NCBI GenBank assembly: GCA_934178555.1
Contig: CAKPQL010000001.1
Location: forward strand, 37,243-101,242
Direction of reading: 5' to 3'
Length of the DNA stretch: 64,000 bases
Source: an uncultured Clostridia bacterium
Lineage (GTDB): Bacteria > Bacillota > Clostridia > TANB77 > CAG-508
This document shows, piece by piece, positions 1-11,211 of this stretch. The first letter of the stretch is position 1, and every line of letters begins with the position of its first letter. Below the pieces are notes generated by a model, which saw nothing but the letters and a program-made list of their open reading frames with translations, searched no databases and had not been told where the DNA came from. The translations under genes and the position numbers were made by a program.

Positions 1-1
1 T

Positions 2-1318
2 ATAGAGCAAGATAAAGAAATTATAAATCAGAAAAAGAAGCTAGATGAATTAAAAAACACAGAAAAAACAAAAGAAAATGAATATTTAGATAAACAAAGA
101 CAAATTGCATTATATCTAGAATGTAAAAAGACATTCTTTGGAAAAGTAAAATACTTCTTTAAACGCAAAAAAAGTAATGCAAAAACTATAGATAACAATT
201 CTCTTGTCAGCTCACCAATTGTTACTGATGCTACAGAAATTCTAAAAAATTCTACAGAAAGCAAAACATATTATACAATAGAGGATTTGGTAACTTTACA
301 TTATAAAACAGATAAAAAAGATAGAGAATTAACTAATATAAATATGGATATAGAAGCATTAAAAAACAAAATTAATAATTTAGATCAAAAAGTAAAAAAT
401 GCAACATTATACATAGAAGAGATAGATAACCATAAAAAGAGTATTTTTGAATTTTGGAAATTTGCCAATAAAGATGAACTAAAAGCATTAGAAGTTGGAA
501 GTGCAGACAATGGTAATAGTTCAAAACATATAAAAAAAGTATTTAGATACGAATTTGATTTTGATGACTTTTCAATTCGAATGGATAATCTACAAAGAGT
601 AAGATTATCAAAAGAAGAGCAAGATAGTGCATTTATAGCAACAACAGAATTAATAGATGTAATAAATAATGAAGAGTTACTTGAGAGTTCTTTAGATAAT
701 CTAAAAAATATTCAGGAAAATGAATCAAAAGTATACAATTTTCAAAATTTTGATATATTTGGAAATATGCAAGATAGTAGAGCAAAAACAAAAAATTTAG
801 GAAATCAGAAACATAGAGAAAATAAAAAAGATAAGTTAAAAATATTGGGAATAACAAAAAATACAACGTTAGAAGAATATAAAAATAAAATCAACAGTGT
901 TAGAAATAATTTAAACGATAGTTTAAAAAAAATAAAGTCACAATATGATATGAGCATATATATTGTAGCAGATAAGGAAAATATATTAGAAAATGAATAT
1001 GGTAAGTATTATATAAATCTAGAGTCTGCATTAAGAAATGCTAATTCAAATGAAAAAGAAATAAAAGTGTATAAAATAAATTTGAAAGAGGATATGCCAT
1101 TAATATGTTGTACAAACATAATATTTTATGACAATTTCAATAAAACATTACCAGAAGGAATGAACGAAGAGAAATCTGTAATAATAAAAAACAGTATGTA
1201 TTATTCGGAACTAATCTCAAAAGATGAGTTTAGAACTAATATGTATATAAGTGAAACAGAAGAGAATCCTCTAGCACGAAAAATAACAGTATATGAATAC
1301 AATATGAACTTAAAATAA
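2..1318 (+). CDS. hypothetical coiled-coil protein, 5'-partial (continues upstream of the window)
   Basis: The frame is open from nt 2. The listed ORF 287..1318 only starts at an internal TTG. The sequence is Lys/Glu/Asn-rich and heptad-like, and I recognise no family. Confidence 0.6.
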   Translation: MEQDKEIINQKKKLDELKNTEKTKENEYLDKQRQIALYLECKKTFFGKVKYFFKRKKSNAKTIDNNSLVSSPIVTDATEILKNSTESKTYYTIEDLVTLHYKTDKKDRELTNINMDIEALKNKINNLDQKVKNATLYIEEIDNHKKSIFEFWKFANKDELKALEVGSADNGNSSKHIKKVFRYEFDFDDFSIRMDNLQRVRLSKEEQDSAFIATTELIDVINNEELLESSLDNLKNIQENESKVYNFQNFDIFGNMQDSRAKTKNLGNQKHRENKKDKLKILGITKNTTLEEYKNKINSVRNNLNDSLKKIKSQYDMSIYIVADKENILENEYGKYYINLESALRNANSNEKEIKVYKINLKEDMPLICCTNIIFYDNFNKTLPEGMNEEKSVIIKNSMYYSELISKDEFRTNMYISETEENPLARKITVYEYNMNLK

Positions 1319-1425
1319 ATATAAAAAACATATAACGAAATGAAACAATTTGTATGGTATGTAAATACGTAAAATTTAATTGACATTAGCAATCGAAAAA
1401 TATATAATAAATTTAAAATTTAAAG

Positions 1426-1460
1426 TATAGGGTACAACATTAATGTACCCTATATGTTTT
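1426..1460 (+). terminator. rho-independent terminator
   Basis: Stem TATAGGGTACA/TGTACCCTATA followed by TGTTTT. Confidence 0.6.
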
Positions 1461-1532
1461 GTGATGACTTATATTTATATTTGCGCAAGGTTGGAATATT
1501 TGTCTTGAATTGTAAAATTTATAAAGGAGATA

Positions 1533-2141
1533 ATGAAAATGAATTTAGCAAATAAACTTACAGTATTTAGAATTATATTAGTACCAATAATGGTTGTTAT
1601 ACCATTTATTCATATACAAGGTGAATGGTTTAATATACCTATTGAATTTTGGTTAATAAATTTAATATTTATTATTGCTTCAATAACAGATAAATTAGAT
1701 GGATATATTGCAAGGTCAAGAAACCAAATTACTACATTTGGTAAGTTCTTAGATCCATTAGCAGATAAAATATTAGTTTTATCTGCAATGATGCTATTAG
1801 TAGAAAAAAATTTATTGCCAGCAATTATTCCAATAATAGTAATTACGAGAGAGTTTATAGTTTCTGGATATAGGTTGGTTGCAGTGCAAAAAGGCGGAGA
1901 GGTAATTGCTGCAAGCATTTGGGGAAAACTAAAAACTGTAACACAAATGATAGCGGTTATTTTAGCATTTATAAATATTAATAATACTAACAATTTTGGT
2001 TATTTTATAAATGGAAACTTAAACGGAATAGAATTAGTTATAAATGTGCTAACAACAGTTTTTATGATTATTTCAACTATTGCTACAATTTTTTCTGGTT
2101 GGGATTATTTAAAAGATAGCAAAAAATTATTTGTAGAATAA
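1533..2141 (+). CDS. pgsA: CDP-diacylglycerol--glycerol-3-phosphate 3-phosphatidyltransferase
   Basis: CDP-alcohol phosphatidyltransferase motif DKLDGYIARSRNQITTFGKFLDPLADKIL in a multi-pass membrane protein. AAGGAG at 1524-1529 favours the second ATG at 1539. Confidence 0.85.
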   Translation: MKMNLANKLTVFRIILVPIMVVIPFIHIQGEWFNIPIEFWLINLIFIIASITDKLDGYIARSRNQITTFGKFLDPLADKILVLSAMMLLVEKNLLPAIIPIIVITREFIVSGYRLVAVQKGGEVIAASIWGKLKTVTQMIAVILAFININNTNNFGYFINGNLNGIELVINVLTTVFMIISTIATIFSGWDYLKDSKKLFVE

Positions 2142-2172
2142 GTAATTTTTATTGTTTAAATACGAAAAATAA

Positions 2173-4203
<2,031 letters not shown>

Positions 4204-4233
4204 CAATAATAGGCATAAGAAAGGAAGAAGTTT

Positions 4234-4471
4234 ATGGAGGAGTATACTTTTGAAAGATTATGGTATGACCTAAGCCAAGGATATCAAATACAGTACACAT
4301 ATATGAATAATAGATATCAAATATCTAAAGTGGCAAAAAATTGTTATTCACAAGAATTACTAACTATAAAAGAAAAAAATCCACATCCTAAGTTTTCAAT
4401 GCTTACATTAAAGAGAGTTAAAGAATTGTTTCCATATATGGAGGATATAGAATACAAAGTACGGTATATAA
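4234..4471 (+). CDS. small hypothetical protein; ends at 4471 only if the C of CGG 4462-4464 is skipped, otherwise it reads in frame into ispF
   Basis: AGGAAG-ATG start at 4234. As sequenced there is no stop before the ispF-like domain. A +1 step at the CGG gives GGT ATA TAA. Confidence 0.3.
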
Positions 4472-4491
4472 TATATAAGGAGATGTTTTAT

Positions 4492-4956
4492 ATGAAAGTT
4501 GCAATTGGGCAGGATAGCCATAAATTTGATTTTGAAGACAAAGAAAAAAAACTAATACTTGGAGGGGTTGTATTTGAAAATGAACCACCTTGTATGGGAA
4601 ATAGTGATGCGGATGTTGTTTTACATGCATTAACAAATGCTGTTTCAGGGATAACAGGAAAAAATATTTTGGGAAAAGTTGCAGACACGATGTGCAAAAG
4701 TGGACTAAAAAATAGTGAGATATATCTAAAAGAGGCACTAAAATACTTAAATGAAAAAATAGTACATGTATCTATATCAATAGAATGTAAGAAACCAAAA
4801 ATAGAGCCTAAAAGAGATGAAATGGTAAAAAATATAGCAAGAATATTATGTATAAGTGAACAAGCAGTGGGAATTACAGCAACAACAGGAGAGGAACTAA
4901 CAGAATTTGGAAAAGGAAATGGAGTAAGTGTATTTGCATGTATAACAGTAGAATGA
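4492..4956 (+). CDS. ispF: 2-C-methyl-D-erythritol 2,4-cyclodiphosphate synthase-like protein (divergent IspF)
   Basis: IGQDSHKF (D-x-H), GNSDADVVLHA and ATTGEELTEFG resemble IspF zinc and active-site segments. AAGGAG at 4477-4482 sits 9 nt before ATG 4492. Confidence 0.7.
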   Translation: MKVAIGQDSHKFDFEDKEKKLILGGVVFENEPPCMGNSDADVVLHALTNAVSGITGKNILGKVADTMCKSGLKNSEIYLKEALKYLNEKIVHVSISIECKKPKIEPKRDEMVKNIARILCISEQAVGITATTGEELTEFGKGNGVSVFACITVE

Positions 4957-5828
4957 GTAATGAAACTATATTTATAAAAGCGAGAGCAAAAATTAATTTG
5001 AATTTACAAGTTTTAGAAAAAAGAGAAGATAATTATCACAATTTAGAATCTGTATTTCAAAAAATAAATTTGTATGACGAACTATTTATAAGTAAAAATG
5101 AACAAAATGATTTAATCATTAATACAAATATTAAGGAATTAAATGGAAAAGATAATATAATATACAAAGCATACATAAAACTAAAAGAAAAATATAGTCA
5201 AATAAAAGGGGTAACAGTAAATTTAGATAAGAAAATACCTATGCAAGCAGGAATGGCTGGTGGTAGCACAGACTGTGCTGCATTTATTTTAGCTATTAAT
5301 AAACTTTACAACCTAAATATGAGCAAAGATGAACTAGAAACTATTGGTGCTAGTTTAGGTGCAGATGTTGTTCCTTGTTTTTATAATAGGGCAATTAAGG
5401 CAAATGGAATAGGAGAAAAAATAACAGAAATCAATACAGACTTTATATATTACATATTAATAATAAAACCTCAATTATCATTTAGCACGAAAGAGATGTA
5501 TAATAAGATAGATAATAACATAAAAAATAGAAGCATGGATTTACAAAATATAAATAATGTAGTTAAAGCACTAGAAACTAGCAATATAAATTTATTAAGT
5601 AACAATTTATATAATACTTTTGAAAAAGTTGTTCCAAGTAAAATACAAGAAATAAAACAAGAATTATTAGATAATGGAGCAGTTGGAGCATTAATGACAG
5701 GTTCTGGTTCATGCGTATTTGGAATATTTGAAAATAGAGAGGCTATAAAAAAGGCATATAATAAATTAAAATATAAATATGAAGTATATTTAACAAATTC
5801 ATATAACAAATATAGGAGGAATTATTGA
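4953..5828 (+). CDS. ispE: 4-diphosphocytidyl-2-C-methyl-D-erythritol kinase
   Basis: N-terminal KINLNLQV and GHMP kinase motif PMQAGMAGGSTDCAA. ATG 4953 overlaps the ispF TGA as ATGA. An alternative ATG is at 4938. Confidence 0.85.
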   Translation: MSNETIFIKARAKINLNLQVLEKREDNYHNLESVFQKINLYDELFISKNEQNDLIINTNIKELNGKDNIIYKAYIKLKEKYSQIKGVTVNLDKKIPMQAGMAGGSTDCAAFILAINKLYNLNMSKDELETIGASLGADVVPCFYNRAIKANGIGEKITEINTDFIYYILIIKPQLSFSTKEMYNKIDNNIKNRSMDLQNINNVVKALETSNINLLSNNLYNTFEKVVPSKIQEIKQELLDNGAVGALMTGSGSCVFGIFENREAIKKAYNKLKYKYEVYLTNSYNKYRRNY

Positions 5829-6511
5829 TGATAAATAACAAAACAGTTACAGCAATAATATTGGTTGCTGGAAATAGTACAAGATATGGTCAAAATAGAA
5901 ACAAAAATTTTGAATTGTTAAATGAAGATATGGTTGTATGTTATAGTTTAAAGGCTTTTAATAATAACGAATATATAGATAATATATTTATTGTTATTAA
6001 AGAAGATGAAAAAGAGATAGTACAAAAACTGGTAAAAGAGCAGAAATTAGAAAATAAAGTAAGTATTGTTATTGGAGGAAAAACAAGACAGCAATCTGTA
6101 TATAATGCTATAATAAAAACTGATTCAGATATTGTAATAATACATGATGGAGCAAGACCTGCTATAAAACAAAGATACATAAGTGAATGTATAGAGAGTA
6201 TGGAATATGTAAAGGGAGCAACAATCGGAGTAAAAACTAAAGATACAATAAAGATAGCGGATAATAATAATATAGTAATCACTACTACACCAAGACAAAA
6301 TACTTGGATAATTCAAACACCACAATGCTTTGACAGAACAGTATTATTGGATATGCATAAAAAATATGAAAATGAGGAGTGCACAGATGATTGCATGTTA
6401 TTAGAAAAATCTAATGAGAAAGTAAAAGTAATAGAAGGAGATTATACAAACATAAAAATAACAACATATGAAGATATAAAAATACTCTCAGAACTAATGA
6501 AAGAAAATTAA
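5828..6511 (+). CDS. ispD: 2-C-methyl-D-erythritol 4-phosphate cytidylyltransferase
   Basis: AIILVAGNSTRYG, IIHDGARP, QTPQCF and TDDCMLLE motifs. AGGAGG lies 8 nt upstream, and the start overlaps the ispE stop as TGATG. Confidence 0.9.
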   Translation: MINNKTVTAIILVAGNSTRYGQNRNKNFELLNEDMVVCYSLKAFNNNEYIDNIFIVIKEDEKEIVQKLVKEQKLENKVSIVIGGKTRQQSVYNAIIKTDSDIVIIHDGARPAIKQRYISECIESMEYVKGATIGVKTKDTIKIADNNNIVITTTPRQNTWIIQTPQCFDRTVLLDMHKKYENEECTDDCMLLEKSNEKVKVIEGDYTNIKITTYEDIKILSELMKEN

Positions 6512-6564
6512 AGGATTACAAATTTTATAAAATACACGGAATATATTAGAAGGAGAAAATAACC

Positions 6565-7002
6565 ATGAAACTTGTGATACAAAGAGTTGCAAATGCAACA
6601 GTTAAAGTAGAAGGAGAAACAATAGGAGAAATCGAAAAAGGATTTTTGGTATTTGTGGGAATAAAGAAAGGAGACACTACAAAAGAAGCAGATATTCTTA
6701 TAAAAAAATTATGTAATTTGAGAGTTTTTGAGGATGAAAATAATAAAATGAATTTAGCTCTAAAAGATATAAAAGGTAAATTATTAATTGTTTCTCAATT
6801 TACATTGTATGCAGATTGCAGAAAAGGGAACAGACCAAGCTTTATAGAAGCCGAAAGACCTGAAATTGCAGAACCATTGTATGAATATTTTAAGCAGGGA
6901 TGTAAAAATGAAGGAATACAAGTAGAGTCAGGAAAATTTGGAGCAGATATGAAAATTTCTTTATTAAATGATGGACCAATAACAATAATTTTGGAAGCAT
7001 AA
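6565..7002 (+). CDS. dtd: D-aminoacyl-tRNA deacylase
   Basis: MKLVIQRV..., SQFTLYAD and GNRPSF motifs; 145 aa. Confidence 0.9.
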   Translation: MKLVIQRVANATVKVEGETIGEIEKGFLVFVGIKKGDTTKEADILIKKLCNLRVFEDENNKMNLALKDIKGKLLIVSQFTLYADCRKGNRPSFIEAERPEIAEPLYEYFKQGCKNEGIQVESGKFGADMKISLLNDGPITIILEA

Positions 7003-7098
7003 AAGTATATATATTAAATAAACAATAAAACAATTAAATATTAAGTTTGTTCAAGCTAAAATTCAATTCACTATAATATTTAATTGTTTTATTGTTCT

Positions 7099-8751
7099 CT
7101 ATACATATAATGTTTTATAATTGGTATAGACTACCATACCTGGTTTTGCAGAACTAGGTTTTTTTACAAATTTTACTAAGGTATAGTCGACAGGTACATT
7201 AGATGATAAATTTGCCTTACTGTATTTTACGGCAAGTTTGGCACATTCATATAATATGTTTTCATCAACTTCTTTTCCTTCTGTTCTAAGAATCACATGA
7301 CTGCCGTGAATTTGTTGAGTATGAAACCAGTAATCTTCTTTAGAAGCTATTTTTAATGTAAGTTCATCATTTTGACGATTATTTTTGCCAACTAAAACAG
7401 TAAACCCATTAATATTATATTTCATAGGAGTATTCTTTACATTAACTTTTCTTGTGTTTTTTTGCTTTTTATCTTTGACCCTTGAAGAAAAAGTTATGTT
7501 TTCTGATATTTCGTCAAAAATATCTTCTAAGTCTGATATAGTTCGTGAATTTTCTATTGAAAAGACAATACTTTCTATATAGTTTAATTCTTGTTGAGTT
7601 TCTTGCTTTTGTTTAGATACAATCTCTAAAGTATTTTTTAATTTATTATATTTTTTAAAATATTTCTCTGCATTTTTATTAGGAGAAGTCGATTTATCCA
7701 TAGGAATTGTAATAAGTGAATTATTATCATAATAATTTTCTAGTGTTACACTGTCAGTGTTTTCTTTAAGTTTATATAAATTTGCAGTTATTAATTCGCC
7801 AAATAATTTGTACTCATCCATTTTATTACATTCGTGCAGTTTATTATTAATATTATCTAATTTCTTTGTACACTTTTTTAATTGAGAAAGCACGATTTTT
7901 AAAATATCATTTCTAAAATTTACGAAGGCATTTTCAATTTCTTTATCATAATAAAAATCATCAATAAAAAAATTGGTGCTTAAGTTTTCAGAAGAGTTGT
8001 TATTAGTAAAATCTATAACATAATCATTTTTTGTATTTATGCACATTAATTTATTACTTCCTATATTAGAAATAATATTTTTTATATAATTAAATGAATT
8101 TTGTAAATTATTATCATTTTTTTGCAATACATATTGTATAAAAGGTCGACAAAGACCATTAAATGAATCAGATATTTTCTTGTCTAATGGCTCATTCTTA
8201 GAGATAGATGATAGAATTTTATTAAATTCATCAAAAGTGTCTGTTTTTAGAATACTTTGCTTATTAGTTATAGGTAGTTCATATTCCCTTGCAGGCATAA
8301 TTTCTCTATTACAGCTAATATGTTTTATTGCATCTATAATAATATTGTTAGCATTGGTTAAAATGATATTGCTACAACTTCCCATAATTTCAACAAATAA
8401 TTTTTTTATAATTTTATCATTTAATTCATTGTAGCATTCAAAATTTATTTCTATAATTCGATCTAAATCAAAGCTAGAAATAGAAATAATTTTTGAACCA
8501 ATTAAATGCTTTCTAAGCAAAATACAAAAATTAGGGGCAGATATAGGATTAGGTTTACTGTGAGTTGTAAGATGTATTCTACAAGTACTAGGGTTAATAC
8601 ATATATGTAAACAATAATTTATACCAGAATTGTATAATCCTATCATTATATCATTCTTAGTTGGTTCAAAAATTTTATTAACTTTTGAATTTATAATTGA
8701 TTTATTTAATTCAGAAATAATACATTTAGTAATGATTCCATCAAATGCCAT
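7099..8751 (-). CDS. rqcH: ribosome quality control protein RqcH (NFACT / fibronectin-binding protein A family)
   Basis: NFACT-N start MAFDGI, a central coiled coil, and a C-terminal NFACT-R/DUF814 segment (WFHTQQIHGSHVIL). Confidence 0.85.
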   Translation of the reverse strand: MAFDGIITKCIISELNKSIINSKVNKIFEPTKNDIMIGLYNSGINYCLHICINPSTCRIHLTTHSKPNPISAPNFCILLRKHLIGSKIISISSFDLDRIIEINFECYNELNDKIIKKLFVEIMGSCSNIILTNANNIIIDAIKHISCNREIMPAREYELPITNKQSILKTDTFDEFNKILSSISKNEPLDKKISDSFNGLCRPFIQYVLQKNDNNLQNSFNYIKNIISNIGSNKLMCINTKNDYVIDFTNNNSSENLSTNFFIDDFYYDKEIENAFVNFRNDILKIVLSQLKKCTKKLDNINNKLHECNKMDEYKLFGELITANLYKLKENTDSVTLENYYDNNSLITIPMDKSTSPNKNAEKYFKKYNKLKNTLEIVSKQKQETQQELNYIESIVFSIENSRTISDLEDIFDEISENITFSSRVKDKKQKNTRKVNVKNTPMKYNINGFTVLVGKNNRQNDELTLKIASKEDYWFHTQQIHGSHVILRTEGKEVDENILYECAKLAVKYSKANLSSNVPVDYTLVKFVKKPSSAKPGMVVYTNYKTLYV

Positions 8752-8868
8752 AAAAACTCCAATCTGGCAATAAATATGCCTTGTTTTTATATAAAAAATT
8801 AATTAAAATGATTATATATTAAAAATATGTTACATGCAATAAAAAACATAGAAAAATGCGTAAAAGTA

Positions 8869-8897
8869 TTGACATACGTGTATATTATAAATATAAT
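8869..8897 (+). promoter_or_regulatory. sigma-A type promoter upstream of sigH
   Basis: TTGACA, 17 nt spacer, TATAAT. Confidence 0.5.
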
Positions 8898-8936
8898 TAA
8901 GCAAAAGCATAAAAAACATCAAAGGAGCATAAAGAA

Positions 8937-9575
8937 ATGTCTAAAAACAACATAATTTATTATAATCAAGACCTTAAGAATAAAACAGATGAAGAGGTAG
9001 CTTCAATTGCTAAAACTGGAAATGAAAATGCTTTAGAATACTTATTATTAAAATATAAAGATTTAGTAAATAGCAAAGTAAATAAATATTTTATAATAGG
9101 TGCAGAGAAAGAGGACATAGTTCAAGAAGGAATGATTGGACTATATAAAGCCATAAAATGTTTTGATGGTGAAAAACAGAATTCATTTAAATCATTTGCT
9201 AATTTATGCATAGAAAGGCAATTAATAACGGCAATAAAAACATCTACGCGCCAAAAACATCTGGCATTAAACTCATATCTATCATTAAATATGTCTGCAT
9301 ATGATGAAGATGATGATACATCTTTAATGGAGGTATTTAATTCTAAAACTGTAGAAGATCCATTGGATACTATAACAAAGAAAGAATATTATAAGTTTGT
9401 AGAAAATAAGATAGATAAAACACTTAGTGATTTTGAAAAACAAGTATTACAAAGATTTGCAGCAGGAGATAGTTATGTAAAAATTGCTGAAAAACTAGAT
9501 GCACAAGTAAAATCAGTAGATAATGCTATACAAAGGATTAGAAAGAAGGCAATGAAGAATATAACCGAAGAATAG
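8937..9575 (+). CDS. sigH: RNA polymerase sporulation sigma factor SigH
   Basis: The block EDIVQEGMIGLYKAIKCFDGEKQNSFKSFANLCIERQLITAIKTSTRQKH is characteristic of sigma-H. Confidence 0.9.
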   Translation: MSKNNIIYYNQDLKNKTDEEVASIAKTGNENALEYLLLKYKDLVNSKVNKYFIIGAEKEDIVQEGMIGLYKAIKCFDGEKQNSFKSFANLCIERQLITAIKTSTRQKHLALNSYLSLNMSAYDEDDDTSLMEVFNSKTVEDPLDTITKKEYYKFVENKIDKTLSDFEKQVLQRFAAGDSYVKIAEKLDAQVKSVDNAIQRIRKKAMKNITEE

Positions 9576-9607
9576 ATATTGTTTAAAAGATACAAAAAAA
9601 TATTAAA

Positions 9608-9627
9608 GGGCACGGTACTCCGTGCCC
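9608..9627. terminator. GC-rich hairpin after sigH
   Basis: GGGCACGG-TACT-CCGTGCCC. The T-rich run is on the minus-strand side only. Confidence 0.45.
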
Positions 9628-9647
9628 AAATGTTACAAAAGTATTAT

Positions 9648-9723
9648 GCTTTCATAGCTCAGTTGGTAGAGCACTACCTTGGTAAGGTAGAGGTCGCGGG
9701 TTCGATTCCCGCTGTAAGCTCCA
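9648..9723 (+). tRNA. tRNA-Thr (anticodon GGU), CCA encoded
   Basis: Cloverleaf folded by hand: acceptor GCTTTCA/TGTAAGC with one U-U mismatch, anticodon stem CTACC/GGTAG with loop TTGGTAA, and T arm GCGGG-TTCGATT-CCCGC. Confidence 0.85.
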
Positions 9724-9737
9724 TTTGAAATCAACTT
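9718..9737 (+). repeat. direct repeat copy 1 (last 6 nt of tRNA-Thr including CCA, plus 14 nt downstream)
   Basis: GCTCCATTTGAAATCAACTT is identical to 10998..11017. Confidence 0.9.
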
Positions 9738-9765
9738 ACGGACTTAATCGTTCGTAAGTTTTTAT
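9734..9765 (+). terminator. terminator after tRNA-Thr
   Basis: ACTTACG...CGTAAGT stem followed by TTTTTATTT. Confidence 0.6.
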
Positions 9766-9834
9766 TTATATAATATGTTTTTATATAAATAATTTTCTAT
9801 TATAATTCAATATATAAATTGCCGAGATACTTTT

Positions 9835-10830
9835 TTATCTCCGTTTATTTATAGGATTTTTCATAGTTTCTTCCATTTGCTGTACTACAGAATTTATAGC
9901 TATTTGATGATTAATGTCATAATTATCTTGTTTTTCAGTATCCAATTTATAATCAATTTGTTTGTCAACAAAATCTTGTATTATAGTTGCATCATATCTA
10001 TCTTTAGGTCTAGAATTTTTCTTAGAATTATATATACTTTCTAATGTTTGCATTTTATAAAAAGTTCCATTATGTTCTCTTATTTGATTTGAAAACATCA
10101 TAGATGCGTATTTAGCAGAAAGGTGATGTTCATCAACATACAAATCTTGATTTGAATCCTGATTTGGATAATAATATTCTTTTAATACAATTTCATGATT
10201 AGGTAATCTGCTAAATAAAAATAATCCAATGCTCATAGGTGTATCTTTATATGTAACTTTATATTCATGACCATTAACTTCTTTATGATTCATATTACTT
10301 ACAAATTCGAAGTCATCGCTATTTTGTACTAATTCATATAAAGCAAATAATTGATCTTCATTTATAAACAAATCTAAATCTCCGTGATACCTTTCTAAAG
10401 GATGTTCAGTTGCTAGATATCCCATCAAACCACCAGTATAAAAACAATCAAAGTTAGTCTTAATTAATTCATTAAATCTATCAAAGACTTCAATTACTAA
10501 TTTATGATTTTCTGCTAATGGCATTTTAGGATACTCTAAATTCATACTTTTAATCCAGTTTAATCTTGCAATTAAATCATCTGCTGAATGATATTTATCG
10601 GGATTCAAAGATAATATTAGGTTAACATTTGAAAGGATATCATCAACAGATAAGATTTTTCTATTTAATAAGCTATTTAGAGAAACTAATATAGTATCAA
10701 TAGAATCATCGGTATCAAGATTCAATAGCTTTTCAACTAAATTATCACACATTTTTGTATCCGTTATTTTAGATAACTCAGCAAACTTATATACAATATC
10801 TTTTACTAATTCTTTTTTTGTTTTATCCAT
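9835..10830 (-). CDS. nucleotidyltransferase-fold protein with a helical N-terminal extension of about 120 aa
   Basis: GGLMGYLATEHPLERYHGDLDLFI (a G-G...D-x-D minimal NTase motif) and a C-terminal RPKDRYD motif, as in ANT/Lnu-type or AbiEii-type NTases. Confidence 0.6.
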   Translation of the reverse strand: MDKTKKELVKDIVYKFAELSKITDTKMCDNLVEKLLNLDTDDSIDTILVSLNSLLNRKILSVDDILSNVNLILSLNPDKYHSADDLIARLNWIKSMNLEYPKMPLAENHKLVIEVFDRFNELIKTNFDCFYTGGLMGYLATEHPLERYHGDLDLFINEDQLFALYELVQNSDDFEFVSNMNHKEVNGHEYKVTYKDTPMSIGLFLFSRLPNHEIVLKEYYYPNQDSNQDLYVDEHHLSAKYASMMFSNQIREHNGTFYKMQTLESIYNSKKNSRPKDRYDATIIQDFVDKQIDYKLDTEKQDNYDINHQIAINSVVQQMEETMKNPINKRR

Positions 10831-10997
10831 AACCCAAAACCTCTTATTAAATTTTTCTTCATCAATTAAACTTCTATCTTAATTATGATTATTATACTAT
10901 AAAATAACAAAATTCTCTATACTTTCATTGCAATTTAATAACAATTCATATATAGTATTTTAGAAAGAGAACTTAGTTTGTAACCTGTTGTTTATTT

Positions 10998-11017
10998 GCT
11001 CCATTTGAAATCAACTT
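10998..11017 (+). repeat. direct repeat copy 2
   Basis: A 20/20 match to 9718..9737, followed by a diverged copy of the same terminator hairpin and T-run. Confidence 0.9.
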
Positions 11018-11211
11018 GCAGAGACTTATAAAAGTTCGTGAGTTTTTATTATTTTACTTCTGATGTAAATTAGCCATTATAATTAATAAGCTCATCTTTA
11101 CATTTTTTGTAAATTATATTATAATTTTGTACAGATGCTTTTAGTTTACCCAAAAAGGTTTATTGAATCTTGGAGGGTAAAAACCTCCAAGTAATACAAG
11201 GAGGAATTGGT

